Positions 32,963 through 43,050 of a stretch of 64,000 bases of DNA are shown piece by piece. The notes under the pieces were generated by a model. It did no database searches, was not told the DNA's origin, and saw nothing but the letters and a program-made list of their open reading frames with translations. Within the stretch, counting starts at the first letter, position 1, and each line of letters starts with the position of its first letter. A program made the translations under genes and the position numbers. The stretch lies in the IMG/VR virus record IMGVR_UViG_3300031951_000032, one strand, 5' to 3'. This stretch comes from an uncultured virus (IMG/VR IMGVR_UViG_3300031951_000032). Lineage: Duplodnaviria; Heunggongvirae; Uroviricota; Caudoviricetes.

Positions 32963-34682
32963 ATGCTGTCGCTGGTATAATTTTTTCTTCTCTGATGATT
33001 GTAGTGTTGTTTGTTACACCAGCATTCACGACTGTAGGATTTTTTGGTTTCGATTGATTGCGCTGTTCAACTGCAATTTCATTTGATGATTTACCAATGT
33101 TGGCACCTTGAACAACCTTACCAGTTTCAACATCAACAGCATTTCCTTTTTTATCAGGTACTTCTTTATCATCAGGAGTTGGTGGTGCACCACCTACAGT
33201 AACGTGCCAATCTTCACCTTTGACATTACGAATCAGTCCGAATTTTTCTAACCAACCAGTAGGATTATCTCTGGTGCCGGCAAGAACATTTAACCCATCA
33301 GGACCTTTACTATTGATATCAATACCAAGACCTTGCATGTGAACGCTGCCTTTTCCTTGACCCAAAGGAGCCATAGGCTGTGCCACTTTACCACTTGGCT
33401 TGCCGTTGTTTTTTGCTAAGTCTGCATCATATAGTTCTTTTTGTTTTTCGTTTGAACGATAACCAGATGTGATCAACAGCATTTTGCCAGTTTCTTGTTT
33501 AAATGCTGTGGCCATCAATTCAATCCGGCGCTGAAACTCACCGTTGAACTTTGATGTATCTACACCAGGATCCGCTTTTTTTGTGATGCTGTCTAAGTTA
33601 CCTGCTGGTTTAGTTACTGGTTGACCTGAAGGCACTTCACTAGGACTACCTTTAATTGGTGTTGCTAATGGTCCACCAGAAGGTGCTGCTTCTTTTGGTG
33701 CAAATATGGACTTATCTGATACTCGTTTTGTTGGTGTTATTGCTGGTGGTGGAGTGGGTGCTTCTCTTACTGCACGACCTTCTGCTTTTTCTTGTTCGTA
33801 TTGTTTTTTCTTTTCGAGATATTCTTTGAGTGAAACGATTCTACCTTTGAGCAAAGAAATATCTTCATCAAGTGCTTTGATAGTTTCTACTGCATTGGCA
33901 TACGGATCTTCTTCAAGTTCTTTTCTTCGTTCTTCTTTAACACCCTTTGTTTCTACACCAAGTCCTTTGTCAAGTGAACGACCAAAAGACATGAGTTTTT
34001 CTTTTACCCAATCTGCGATGCCACCAATAAAATAGCCCACACGGTCTGTCACAGGCTTTATAAAACTACCGATACTTTCTAAAACTTTGGTAGCATCATC
34101 TTTTGAAATGAGTCCAAAAGAAATGAACTCAATGAATGTGGACATCTCATCTGTTATGATTTCACCAAAATTAAATGATGAGAAGAATCCAGAGATTGAA
34201 GAGTAAAGAGAATCTAGTGCTGAACCAATAATACCTTCAACGCCACCATACATTTCTAAAACATCAAGTACCAAATCTTTATTGAAGATAAAGACTGTAA
34301 ACAAAAGAGTAGCAGCAGTGATTAACGGCTTGAAGATTATTTCGAGCAGCGATCTGCGCTTTTTTTCTTTCTTTTGTCTTTTTTCTTTTGGTTCTTTTAA
34401 TTTAACTTGTGTGAAACTATCTTTTAATGGTGCAAGTTTACTCAACAAACTTTCTTTTGCTGGTTTTTCACCAGTTTCATTTGTAAGAAATTTACTAAAG
34501 CCTTTTGTTGATGCATTTAAATCTCTTCCCATGCGTGGAAGAACAAGCATATTTTTAGATATTATTTTAAGCGCAGAGACACCAAGCAAAGTATTTTTTC
34601 TTTGCTCTTCTTTTTCTTTGTCTTGTTTCGATAAACCAAAAAGTTTATTCGAAATGGATTTGCCTAATATTTCTCTTATCAT
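32961..34682 (-). CDS. tape-measure-like tail protein with M15 (D-Ala-D-Ala) peptidase domain
   Basis: ITSGYRS..Q, S.H..G.GID, DWHV motifs. Confidence 0.75.
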   Translation of the reverse strand: MIREILGKSISNKLFGLSKQDKEKEEQRKNTLLGVSALKIISKNMLVLPRMGRDLNASTKGFSKFLTNETGEKPAKESLLSKLAPLKDSFTQVKLKEPKEKRQKKEKKRRSLLEIIFKPLITAATLLFTVFIFNKDLVLDVLEMYGGVEGIIGSALDSLYSSISGFFSSFNFGEIITDEMSTFIEFISFGLISKDDATKVLESIGSFIKPVTDRVGYFIGGIADWVKEKLMSFGRSLDKGLGVETKGVKEERRKELEEDPYANAVETIKALDEDISLLKGRIVSLKEYLEKKKQYEQEKAEGRAVREAPTPPPAITPTKRVSDKSIFAPKEAAPSGGPLATPIKGSPSEVPSGQPVTKPAGNLDSITKKADPGVDTSKFNGEFQRRIELMATAFKQETGKMLLITSGYRSNEKQKELYDADLAKNNGKPSGKVAQPMAPLGQGKGSVHMQGLGIDINSKGPDGLNVLAGTRDNPTGWLEKFGLIRNVKGEDWHVTVGGAPPTPDDKEVPDKKGNAVDVETGKVVQGANIGKSSNEIAVEQRNQSKPKNPTVVNAGVTNNTTIIREEKIIPATA

Positions 34683-36748
34683 GCTACTCTTGCCGTTGCT
34701 ACTTCGTTAGAGTCACTCTTTTTTGTTGCTACGGTCTTTGTGTCATAACCTTTTGTATTATTTGTTTGCGCCACATTAATAACATCGGCATCTTTAGGTT
34801 TGAGTTGTTCTCTTTGACCTTGTGATACTTCTTTACTTGTTGATGACAATTCAACACCACTAAAGTCGGATGAATATTTGTCAACCTTTGCCAGAATCTC
34901 AGCACCTATACCTTTGTCTAGGTTGAGAGATTTGCCACCAATTGCTTGTGTAATAGCACGATTGGCTTCCGATTGAGATGTGAACGAATTGACTTTACTG
35001 CCTGCTGCTTTAAGAATAAACTGTGCCGTTACTTTTGCTGCTACAATGGGATCAAGTAACTGTGCCGGATTGTTTACTAAATCTACACCAGCCAGTTTTC
35101 CGTACAGAGCATAGTTGTTTTTACCGGTTAACTGAATAAAGCCACGACCGATGTATTTGAAACCATCACCTTCGGCAGTATTACCCATTCCTTTACCGAT
35201 TGTAGTTTTACTGCCATATATGACTTCAGCAAACTTGTATGGGTCTTTTTTAATTTCATGTAACTCAGCATCAGAGAAATTTTTAACTCTGGTCGTGAAT
35301 ACTTGTCGTATTCTATCGTTTGCTGTGTTTTTGTATGCTAAGATATTTTCTTCAAAATTCTTAAAGCCAGTTTCTTTTTGTACATTGGCTAGAGTCGCAA
35401 TGATTGCAAATTTATTTGTGATGCCAACATTCTGCAACTCTTTAACAATAATTTTTACAAGTTCATCACGACCAGAAACTTTTGTTGGTGCTGATGGTGG
35501 AACACCACCAGGTGCAGAAGGCTTTGGTGCATACGCTTCTTTTTTTGCCTGTTGTTCACGCTGAATAGCATCAGCTAAACCTTTTTCGGATGTACGTAGT
35601 TCTTCTCTTTTCTCTTGGAGTTTTTTAGTTGTTTCTGATGGTTTACCCATTGATTGTTCTTCTAAAACGGCAACTTCATCAATTAAACGGTCACGCTCTT
35701 CCATTTTCATTAGAATGATTTCACGTGCTTTGGCTAAATTTTCGGCAACTTGTTTTTGTCTTTCTACTTCCGCCTTTGCTGCTTCTTCAGCGGCTTTTTG
35801 TTGGTCTACAATTGCACCAAGTTCCTTTTCACTGAGAGGTTTTTCTTTTAGCGGATTCATCTCCATCATTTTATCAATAGCATTATTCACAAATGTAAAG
35901 ATGTGATCTGATGTATCATTAATAAAATTGGATAATCTTTCGGGAAAGTTTTTTATAAAGTCTACAGTGCCGTCTATTACTTTCTTGGCTGTGTCTTTAT
36001 CAAATAAACCGAATGTGAGTGAGTCAACAACTCCAGCGATACCTGCTTTGATTGTTTCATATAAACTTCCTGTAGACTGCCATGTATCCCATGCATCAGT
36101 TAAGCCATCCCACAGAGTTAAAATGATTAATGCAATCCAACCTATCGGACCGGCTGCGGCTGCAATACCTCTAAATGCTACTTTGACAGCCGACTTCTCA
36201 GCCATCTTAGCCATTTTCTTTTCAAGTTTACCTTTGAGTTTGTCTACCATCGGTCGTAGATACTTCTCAAAGGCTTCTTCAAAGTATTTCAATGTATTTT
36301 TGGCAAAATCTTTAATCTTACCTACAAGTTGCTTGGCAAGTTTTTTTATCTTATCAAATAATTTTAAAAGATTTTCTTTTAGTTTCTTTACTTGATCTTT
36401 GGCAAACTTTTTAAATTTTTTGAATAACTTGCCTTTAGAAGATTTTTCATCATCTTCAGATTGTGTATTCTTTTTTATAAATTCGTCTTGAAGAACCTTG
36501 AATTTTCTTTCACGCTCGTCATCCTTTAGAAGATGCATGTCTTCTTTTTCTGATGCCTTACCACCATAAATCTCTACAAGTTTAATAATGTTTTGACGAA
36601 TGATGTTCAAGTCTCTGGCAATTCGTGAGACTGCCATAAAATTCAAAGAAGTTTTTTGGAGTTTTTTGACTGTGGGTGAAGTTCTTTTAGTAGAAGTTTT
36701 ATTTAAAACTTTTTTACTGATGGTCAACCCAAGTTTTTCTGATAGCAT
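34679..36748 (-). CDS. tape-measure-like tail protein with GH19 lysozyme domain
   Basis: KETG, MGN...GDGFKYIGRGFIQLTGKNNY. Confidence 0.8.
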   Translation of the reverse strand: MLSEKLGLTISKKVLNKTSTKRTSPTVKKLQKTSLNFMAVSRIARDLNIIRQNIIKLVEIYGGKASEKEDMHLLKDDERERKFKVLQDEFIKKNTQSEDDEKSSKGKLFKKFKKFAKDQVKKLKENLLKLFDKIKKLAKQLVGKIKDFAKNTLKYFEEAFEKYLRPMVDKLKGKLEKKMAKMAEKSAVKVAFRGIAAAAGPIGWIALIILTLWDGLTDAWDTWQSTGSLYETIKAGIAGVVDSLTFGLFDKDTAKKVIDGTVDFIKNFPERLSNFINDTSDHIFTFVNNAIDKMMEMNPLKEKPLSEKELGAIVDQQKAAEEAAKAEVERQKQVAENLAKAREIILMKMEERDRLIDEVAVLEEQSMGKPSETTKKLQEKREELRTSEKGLADAIQREQQAKKEAYAPKPSAPGGVPPSAPTKVSGRDELVKIIVKELQNVGITNKFAIIATLANVQKETGFKNFEENILAYKNTANDRIRQVFTTRVKNFSDAELHEIKKDPYKFAEVIYGSKTTIGKGMGNTAEGDGFKYIGRGFIQLTGKNNYALYGKLAGVDLVNNPAQLLDPIVAAKVTAQFILKAAGSKVNSFTSQSEANRAITQAIGGKSLNLDKGIGAEILAKVDKYSSDFSGVELSSTSKEVSQGQREQLKPKDADVINVAQTNNTKGYDTKTVATKKSDSNEVATARVA

Positions 36749-36749
36749 A

Positions 36750-38402
36750 TTATGCCGCTAGATAATTATTCATAAAACTTGAGTTGTATGGATCAGCGAC
36801 ACTTTCAGAAGATGGGGCTTGTTGTCCAGATGTTGTGCTTGTCGTTGGTGCATTTACAATTGTTCCCGCATCAGCAGCCGCATCCATTCTTTGCCCTTCT
36901 GCAACTGTTGCCGAATCTGATGATATTGCAGAACCCGATGGTGCTGACATGGCTGGTGTTGGCATAGGCGATGAAGGTGCTGCGCCACCTGAACTCACTG
37001 CACCACCTGTGGCGCCTCCTGTTGACATGGAAGCACCGCCAACATCACCACCGCCAGTAGCGGGTGCAGCAGGTGCGGGTGATGTACTTGCACCTTTTGC
37101 CATTTGTAGAATCTTGGTTGGCTCACCACCAACGGCAATAACTTTACGGCGAACTTCTTCTTCCGATACTGGTTTACCTGATGCTTGATCTGTGTAGCCA
37201 GTTGATGAAGATGGGTCAACATTGATACCAACCTTAGAACTTAGAAAACCTTTTGCAGCATCTTGACTCTTTTCTGCATTGACTGGACTATATGGGTCGG
37301 GCGTAGGTGACTTGCTTACTGTTTCAGCAAGTGCTTGTTGAGATGCTTTTTGTTTTTCTTGTTTTTCTTTTTCTTTTGGTTTGTCTTCTAATCTATCTTT
37401 TGCTGCTTTATCATAGAACACACCTTCACCAGAATCAAGTTTACCACTCATTTCTTTCAATGATGTTGTAGCAGATGATGTGTATGTTTCTGCTTTGGTG
37501 CTACTTGTGTCTTTCTTAAATGGATAATATGGTGGTATAGTATAATCTTTTAATTTTAAACCACGTTCTTGTGCCCATTCTGGAATTAAAGCATTTGCTT
37601 TTGACAGGGGTATTGTTATACCCGGAAATCCCACATTGTTTTTAATCCATGTAATAACTTTATCAAAAAGTTCAGTGACACCAAGTAACAGAGGCATCAT
37701 CATTTTTAATGCCGAATCCATTCCTTGACGAAGTTCTTTTTCACCAAACAAACCAAACGTAATGAATTTTAAGAATCCACCAAGTGCAGCAACGAGTGTA
37801 TCTACAATGCTACCACTTTCTTTCCATACTTTGATGCCATCAAGAATACCATTGATTAGACCACCAATCAGCATAGCAGGTACAAATATCTTGCTTAGTA
37901 ATGCAAGTATTGAACCACCGCTAAACAGTGCCGCAAAACCACCAACAATACCAGTAATCAGACCACCAATTAACTTCACTGGATTCAGCATACTCAGCAA
38001 ACCACCAATACCACCTTCCTCTTTTGGTGCTGCTTCTTTACCACCCTTTTCTGTTGCTGGCGTTGCTGCTTTACTCTTTGATCTCGTTGCCTCTAATTCT
38101 GATTCACGCTGATCTTCAGATTTAAAAAACTTATCTGCTTTAGTTGCGGCAGTTTCACCTTTAATCTTTACAAGTTTGGCGATATTTTGGCGAAGCACAT
38201 TGACATCTCTTGCCATGCCTGGAAAGGCAAGAGATTGTTTAGCAATTAAATCAAGAAAAGGAAGTACGTTAGAACCAACCGTTGGTTCTTCTGTTTTTTG
38301 CTCAACACCTTCTTTTGTCGGTGATGTTTCTTTCTTCTTTTCTTTTTTACCAAAAATAGAAGATAAAAGACCCTTTTTTGTTTCTTCTTTCTTTTTTGCC
38401 AT
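36750..38402 (-). CDS. tape-measure-like / baseplate hub protein (gp29-like position)
   Basis: hydrophobic core; shares N- and C-terminal motifs with the two downstream genes. Confidence 0.6.
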   Translation of the reverse strand: MAKKKEETKKGLLSSIFGKKEKKKETSPTKEGVEQKTEEPTVGSNVLPFLDLIAKQSLAFPGMARDVNVLRQNIAKLVKIKGETAATKADKFFKSEDQRESELEATRSKSKAATPATEKGGKEAAPKEEGGIGGLLSMLNPVKLIGGLITGIVGGFAALFSGGSILALLSKIFVPAMLIGGLINGILDGIKVWKESGSIVDTLVAALGGFLKFITFGLFGEKELRQGMDSALKMMMPLLLGVTELFDKVITWIKNNVGFPGITIPLSKANALIPEWAQERGLKLKDYTIPPYYPFKKDTSSTKAETYTSSATTSLKEMSGKLDSGEGVFYDKAAKDRLEDKPKEKEKQEKQKASQQALAETVSKSPTPDPYSPVNAEKSQDAAKGFLSSKVGINVDPSSSTGYTDQASGKPVSEEEVRRKVIAVGGEPTKILQMAKGASTSPAPAAPATGGGDVGGASMSTGGATGGAVSSGGAAPSSPMPTPAMSAPSGSAISSDSATVAEGQRMDAAADAGTIVNAPTTSTTSGQQAPSSESVADPYNSSFMNNYLAA

Positions 38403-38540
38403 TTATCGTCTTGCCTGTTTTTGTGCGTTGATACGTTCTTTTTCTTCTTCCAAATACTGCATCAAAAGACCCAAATAAATGGTTCTTTCCCAAGGTAACA
38501 TTTCTTCAAGTTCAGTCAAACTATACTTGTGGTGCTGCAT
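38403..38540 (-). CDS. gp51: baseplate hub assembly protein (probably made as -1 frameshift extension of gp26)
   Basis: (NYYQTNFAL)MQHHKYSLTELEEMLPWERTIY...LEEEK. Confidence 0.75.
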   Translation of the reverse strand: MQHHKYSLTELEEMLPWERTIYLGLLMQYLEEEKERINAQKQARR

Positions 38541-38590
38541 TAAGGCAAAGTTTGTCTGATAATAATTACTCAGTGTGTCATAACGAAAGA

Positions 38591-39322
38591 TTAGGCGAAA
38601 AAATTTTGTAAGCCCTTAATCTCAATTTCTTCTTCGTAACCGCATTTGCCACATTTAAAGTGTACGTCTTTCTTCAGTTCTGGCATTGTGTCAAAGAATA
38701 GTTTAATCTTTTCTAAGTCTTTCTGCGACATTGAATCTACAAACTCAACCAACTCTTCATGGCTGGAATCTTTTGCATAATATACTTGTTCATCGTCGTA
38801 CAGATATTCAATACAATCAATTAACACATTTACTAAAATTTCATTCTCATTCATGCTTTCATATTTTTGAACCATCTCAAAAGTTGGATACTTTAAACAA
38901 ATACCGATTCGTTCATTCAACATAAATTTGTTTTCATGATTCGCATGGACCGTTGGTTCAATTTCCAGTAGATTCAACTTAAAGTCTACAGAACCGTTAC
39001 ATGTTGTATCTTCACCTTTATCGTTTTTCAGAATGTTGTTGCATTTATATTTTAGGTCAACAACTTCTTCTACCGACCTTGCACGAAGATGCATAAACAA
39101 ATATTCAAGGTCAAATGTGGGTAACGAATCAATATCGATGTCATCTAGTACACAGTTTTTAAGAACTCTGCGAATTGTGGAGATAACATCTTTAGAATCT
39201 TCTGATTCTGCTGCCATTAAAAATAGTTTTTGTTCTTTGACAAGAAATGGTCGAATACGAACATCTTGTCCTGTTGAAATCAATTTAATAGTATAAATTG
39301 GTACATCAAGTTTTGGTAACAT
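38591..39322 (-). CDS. gp26: baseplate hub assembly chaperone
   Basis: LPK...P.Y, RPFLVKEQK, D.EYLF..LRARSV.E, TMP.L, GLQNFF. Confidence 0.9.
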   Translation of the reverse strand: MLPKLDVPIYTIKLISTGQDVRIRPFLVKEQKLFLMAAESEDSKDVISTIRRVLKNCVLDDIDIDSLPTFDLEYLFMHLRARSVEEVVDLKYKCNNILKNDKGEDTTCNGSVDFKLNLLEIEPTVHANHENKFMLNERIGICLKYPTFEMVQKYESMNENEILVNVLIDCIEYLYDDEQVYYAKDSSHEELVEFVDSMSQKDLEKIKLFFDTMPELKKDVHFKCGKCGYEEEIEIKGLQNFFA

Positions 39323-39335
39323 AATTTCCTCTCAA

Positions 39336-40064
39336 TTAGAATGAAAAAATCCTAGAAGCCGCTGTGCCTCCTAGTGAAGTCAGAGTTTGACCAATATCAT
39401 ATTGACCTTCAAATATTGTACGATACTTTTGATATGAAAACGAAACTGACAGACGATGAAAGCCTTCTTCTGCCCAACTTAAAGCCTGTGGTGCAACACC
39501 AACTGGAAAAGCATCAATAAGTTCAACAGCATAAATCTGACGAACAAAATCATCATACTGAACGATTCTTATATTAGTAAGGTATCTTGTCGCATCACTT
39601 TTTGGAAATCTTGGGTTGTTTGTATCTGATGGTATAATTGCTTCCATCCATCGTTCAAATAATTTTCTCTCATAGAATTCGTTTGTACACAGAAAAGTTA
39701 AATTTGTATCTGTGTACTGCATACGATATGGCACTTTAAAAGATGGACCATATATTCTTGCATCTGCCGTTTCAAGTGTTCTACCTGGTATCTCTGCCGA
39801 CTCACATTGCAATGCCAAATATCTTGACATAGAAGGATTTGCAGATTTCATTCCCTGACTTTCGGAACCCAGCGCCGAGTTGATGGCATCCGAGACATCA
39901 CTGAAAATTGAGTTTGGAAAGTTTAACACTTTTTCCAAAAATGAATTACCAATTGCTTGACCAATGTAAGCAGGTATCGGTATGATGACTTCATAACGAC
40001 ATGGGCGTGCAAGTCCACCTTTGCCTTTAATATTTGACAGAAATAGATTAGGTGAAAACGACAT
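39336..40064 (-). CDS. tail tube-like baseplate-tube junction protein (gp54/gp19 family)
   Basis: GLARP.RY.V, CES..IPGR, DAFP......LSW. Confidence 0.78.
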   Translation of the reverse strand: MSFSPNLFLSNIKGKGGLARPCRYEVIIPIPAYIGQAIGNSFLEKVLNFPNSIFSDVSDAINSALGSESQGMKSANPSMSRYLALQCESAEIPGRTLETADARIYGPSFKVPYRMQYTDTNLTFLCTNEFYERKLFERWMEAIIPSDTNNPRFPKSDATRYLTNIRIVQYDDFVRQIYAVELIDAFPVGVAPQALSWAEEGFHRLSVSFSYQKYRTIFEGQYDIGQTLTSLGGTAASRIFSF

Positions 40065-40645
40065 TAAAATTTATCCTCTGAGTCTGACCAGACTTTGCTG
40101 GCGCTTGCTTTTGCAAATGATTCCACTGGTAACATCACGGCGATATCCCACTCATCTGCTGTTATTTCCAGAAAACGAGATTGCACATGACCAGACAAGT
40201 ATCGTTTGATACATGGTGTGGCTTCATAAATTTTAGATGCTCGTCTTAAAAAATCATAACTAATTCTAAACCTTGTACTTTCATCATAACGATGATCCGT
40301 TAAGATTGTGCTTAACTTGTCGAGAAGAATGATTCGTCGCTTTGGGTGAATGTAATGTAGATTCAACCCTAAAAAGCCGTCTGGATATCGTTCTATTGGA
40401 ATAACCAATGGGAACCTGTCGTAATATGGCAACGAATCTTTCGTCTTTGGATCATAATAATAAAAATACATACGACCGATGATAGACTGATTTTTAAATC
40501 GTTCACGGTCACTCATCAATTGACCTTTGGTAGGTCTGAGTGCTGGAACTTTGGACCTTAGCCACGCACGTGCTTCACGTGAACGTGGAGCATATCCCGA
40601 TTTAGCAAGGGATTCCTTAATTCTATCAATGAGTCGTTTCGCCAT
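40064..40645 (-). CDS. gp2: DNA end protector
   Basis: YDPK.K..LPYYDRFPL, GLNLHY, CIKRYL..HV.S. Confidence 0.92.
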   Translation of the reverse strand: MAKRLIDRIKESLAKSGYAPRSREARAWLRSKVPALRPTKGQLMSDRERFKNQSIIGRMYFYYYDPKTKDSLPYYDRFPLVIPIERYPDGFLGLNLHYIHPKRRIILLDKLSTILTDHRYDESTRFRISYDFLRRASKIYEATPCIKRYLSGHVQSRFLEITADEWDIAVMLPVESFAKASASKVWSDSEDKF

Positions 40646-40652
40646 CTTATAT

Positions 40653-41087
40653 TTATCTGATACCTAAGTGCTTTTCAGTCAAAATCTGAAACTGCCAGCC
40701 ATGGTCTTTGCAGAACTCTTCGGCAGCAAACCACTTGGCCTTGTTTATTTCATATGTGATTGCTTCTTGGAGATAGGTCTTAGTCTTGCGTTTTTGCGTT
40801 GGTGGTTGGGTTTGCTTCTCTGGTTTGACTTCTATGACGTAGGTCATAACTGTGCCGTCTGCTTTACGCATCTTGGCGATGAAGTCTGGAAAGTAACGGT
40901 GCTTTTTTCTGTCTACTGGACTATAATAGGGTATAGGCAGTTCTTCCGAACCCCACCAAATGACGTTCGGATTCTCATCTAAATAATTCATTACCTTTAT
41001 CTCCCACGTAGACCTGTAGATGATGTTGTTTGCATCACCCTTGTACTTTTGCGGGTTTTTCGGTTTAAATCTCCCTTTATTTGACAT
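40653..41087 (-). CDS. gp4: head completion nuclease
   Basis: P.NP.KY.GD...IYRS.WE, HRYFPDF, IEVKP, N.AKW.AA. Confidence 0.93.
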   Translation of the reverse strand: MSNKGRFKPKNPQKYKGDANNIIYRSTWEIKVMNYLDENPNVIWWGSEELPIPYYSPVDRKKHRYFPDFIAKMRKADGTVMTYVIEVKPEKQTQPPTQKRKTKTYLQEAITYEINKAKWFAAEEFCKDHGWQFQILTEKHLGIR

Positions 41088-41119
41088 AAATACTATCTAG
41101 TCAACGAATAGGAACTCCC

Positions 41120-42382
41120 ATGGCATTTTTCGGTCTATCAGACATTACCATAGCAAAAGAAGATAATAGAAGAGGTCCGCTGGCCGCTTTATTTGCTGGC
41201 AGCACATCAAACACTTTTAGATATCCATTAGATATCGGTAATTATGATAAAGCCCACTACATGATTATCAATATTCTGAGACAAAAAAATACTCAATACA
41301 AAGGACTAGGAGTTGAACAAAATAATGTCAACCGAATTGGTGAAATTTCACAAGCAACTCCTGGAATACAAAGCACATCATTCGCTTCAAAAATTAATGG
41401 TGCAATTGACAATGCTATAAACAACTTTACAAGCGGTAAAACTTTATTCGGTAAAAACATTGCAACTAATTTTGGTGGACCAATAAAACAAAAAGCAGCA
41501 GTTGACGTTGATCAAAACTCTTATATTGACAGTGTAAAAAATATTGAGAATCAATCATTAATTCAAACAACAGAGCAAACTGACGAGACTGTTGTTCTCT
41601 ACATGCCAGACACTTTGCAATACACTTTTGCACAGTCATATTCTGAAGCAGCACTTGGTGATGAACTTGGCGGTAAAATAGCAGTAGCGGGTAAGTCTGT
41701 ATTGGAAGACATGAGCAAAGGTTTAGATATAAAATCTGCTGCTGAAAAAGGAATCAAAGGTCCCGCTGCCACTGCTGCTATACAAAAAGCATTTGAAATT
41801 GCTGGCACGGGTGGTGGTAAAATTCCAGGCATTGGTCAAAATTCTGCAAAAGCAGCGGCGTTTCTAACACTCGGTGGTGTCAATAACCCAATGCTTGAAA
41901 TGCTTTACTCTTCACCTGCCTTTAGACAGTTTACTTTTGAATTTATGTTTTACCCACGTGATGAAAGAGAAGCATTGGAAGTTCAGAACATTTTGGAACG
42001 TTTGAGATTTCATCAAGCACCAGAAATTGATGGTGGCTCTGGTGGTTTACTTTTGATACCCCCTTCGGAGTTTGAACTTTCTTTTTATTACGGTGGTCGC
42101 CCTAATCCAAACTTACCTGGCATTGGCCGTTGTGTTCTGACAAATATCTCTGTCAACTATGCACCTAATGGCTGGTCAGCATATGAGATGTTTGGTGAGA
42201 ATGATCCCCGTTTAGGTCGTACAGGTATGCCGACTGCAATTCAATTGACACTTGAATTCAAAGAAACAGTCATACTCACTAAGGCAAGTATGATTCGTGG
42301 CAACGGTGGATATAAAGGCTCTCAATCAGTTGGAGATAAATTACAGAATCTTTCTTCAACAATGTTCGGAGGGAAAAAATAA
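41120..42382 (+). CDS. gp48: baseplate tail tube cap
   Basis: RYPL, LYMP, NP.LE.LY..P.FRQF.F.F...PR...EA; CATAAATA upstream. Confidence 0.88.
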   Translation: MAFFGLSDITIAKEDNRRGPLAALFAGSTSNTFRYPLDIGNYDKAHYMIINILRQKNTQYKGLGVEQNNVNRIGEISQATPGIQSTSFASKINGAIDNAINNFTSGKTLFGKNIATNFGGPIKQKAAVDVDQNSYIDSVKNIENQSLIQTTEQTDETVVLYMPDTLQYTFAQSYSEAALGDELGGKIAVAGKSVLEDMSKGLDIKSAAEKGIKGPAATAAIQKAFEIAGTGGGKIPGIGQNSAKAAAFLTLGGVNNPMLEMLYSSPAFRQFTFEFMFYPRDEREALEVQNILERLRFHQAPEIDGGSGGLLLIPPSEFELSFYYGGRPNPNLPGIGRCVLTNISVNYAPNGWSAYEMFGENDPRLGRTGMPTAIQLTLEFKETVILTKASMIRGNGGYKGSQSVGDKLQNLSSTMFGGKK

Positions 42383-42385
42383 CTT

Positions 42386-43048
42386 ATGGCAAAATATTTC
42401 AATTTTTTCCCAAAGACTTTATATTCTTTATCAAACAAATCAACTTCGGCTGATTCCATAACAAACATCATTGCACGATTTGGTTTTGAGAGTACATTAA
42501 AAGAAAACTCAAATATTTACTATCCCTATGATATTCAAGATGGTGATACACCAGAAACAATTGCGAACAAATATTATGGTTCACCTGAAAGACACTGGGT
42601 AGTTCTATTATTCAATGACATTATTGACCCACAGTATGATTGGCCGCTTGATCAAAGAACGATTATTAAATACATTAACGACAAATATACAGCGAATGGT
42701 TCTGCTAATGTTACACCACAAACAGGTCTTGCTTGGTCACAGTCTAATACAAAGTCTTACTACAAAGTAGTCACAAGAGTTACCAATAACGCCACGAAGA
42801 ATACAATCAAAGAAAAAATAGAACTTGATGCAAACACATATGCTAATGTTGTTATATCAAACTCCACAAAAACACTTCAAAGCGGTACAGTTATAGTAGA
42901 AACGGTGAGCAAGGAGACAGAAACTTATTATGATTATGAGGTAAACTTGAATGAATCAAAAAGAAGAATTCGTTTACTAAGGTCAGAAATTGTCTCACAG
43001 TCGGGTTTACTTGATGAATTTAAACGAGTGATTAATTCTAAAGAATAA
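42386..43048 (+). CDS. gp53: baseplate wedge subunit
   Basis: YF..FP, I.DG.TPE.IA..YYG....WV.L..N.I.DP..DWP, YE...NE.KR. Confidence 0.92.
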   Translation: MAKYFNFFPKTLYSLSNKSTSADSITNIIARFGFESTLKENSNIYYPYDIQDGDTPETIANKYYGSPERHWVVLLFNDIIDPQYDWPLDQRTIIKYINDKYTANGSANVTPQTGLAWSQSNTKSYYKVVTRVTNNATKNTIKEKIELDANTYANVVISNSTKTLQSGTVIVETVSKETETYYDYEVNLNESKRRIRLLRSEIVSQSGLLDEFKRVINSKE

Positions 43049-43050
43049 AA

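Noticed and set aside
33706..38478. Plus-strand ORFs opposite the tail genes
   Set aside because: Antisense shadows of long minus-strand genes that carry recognisable domains
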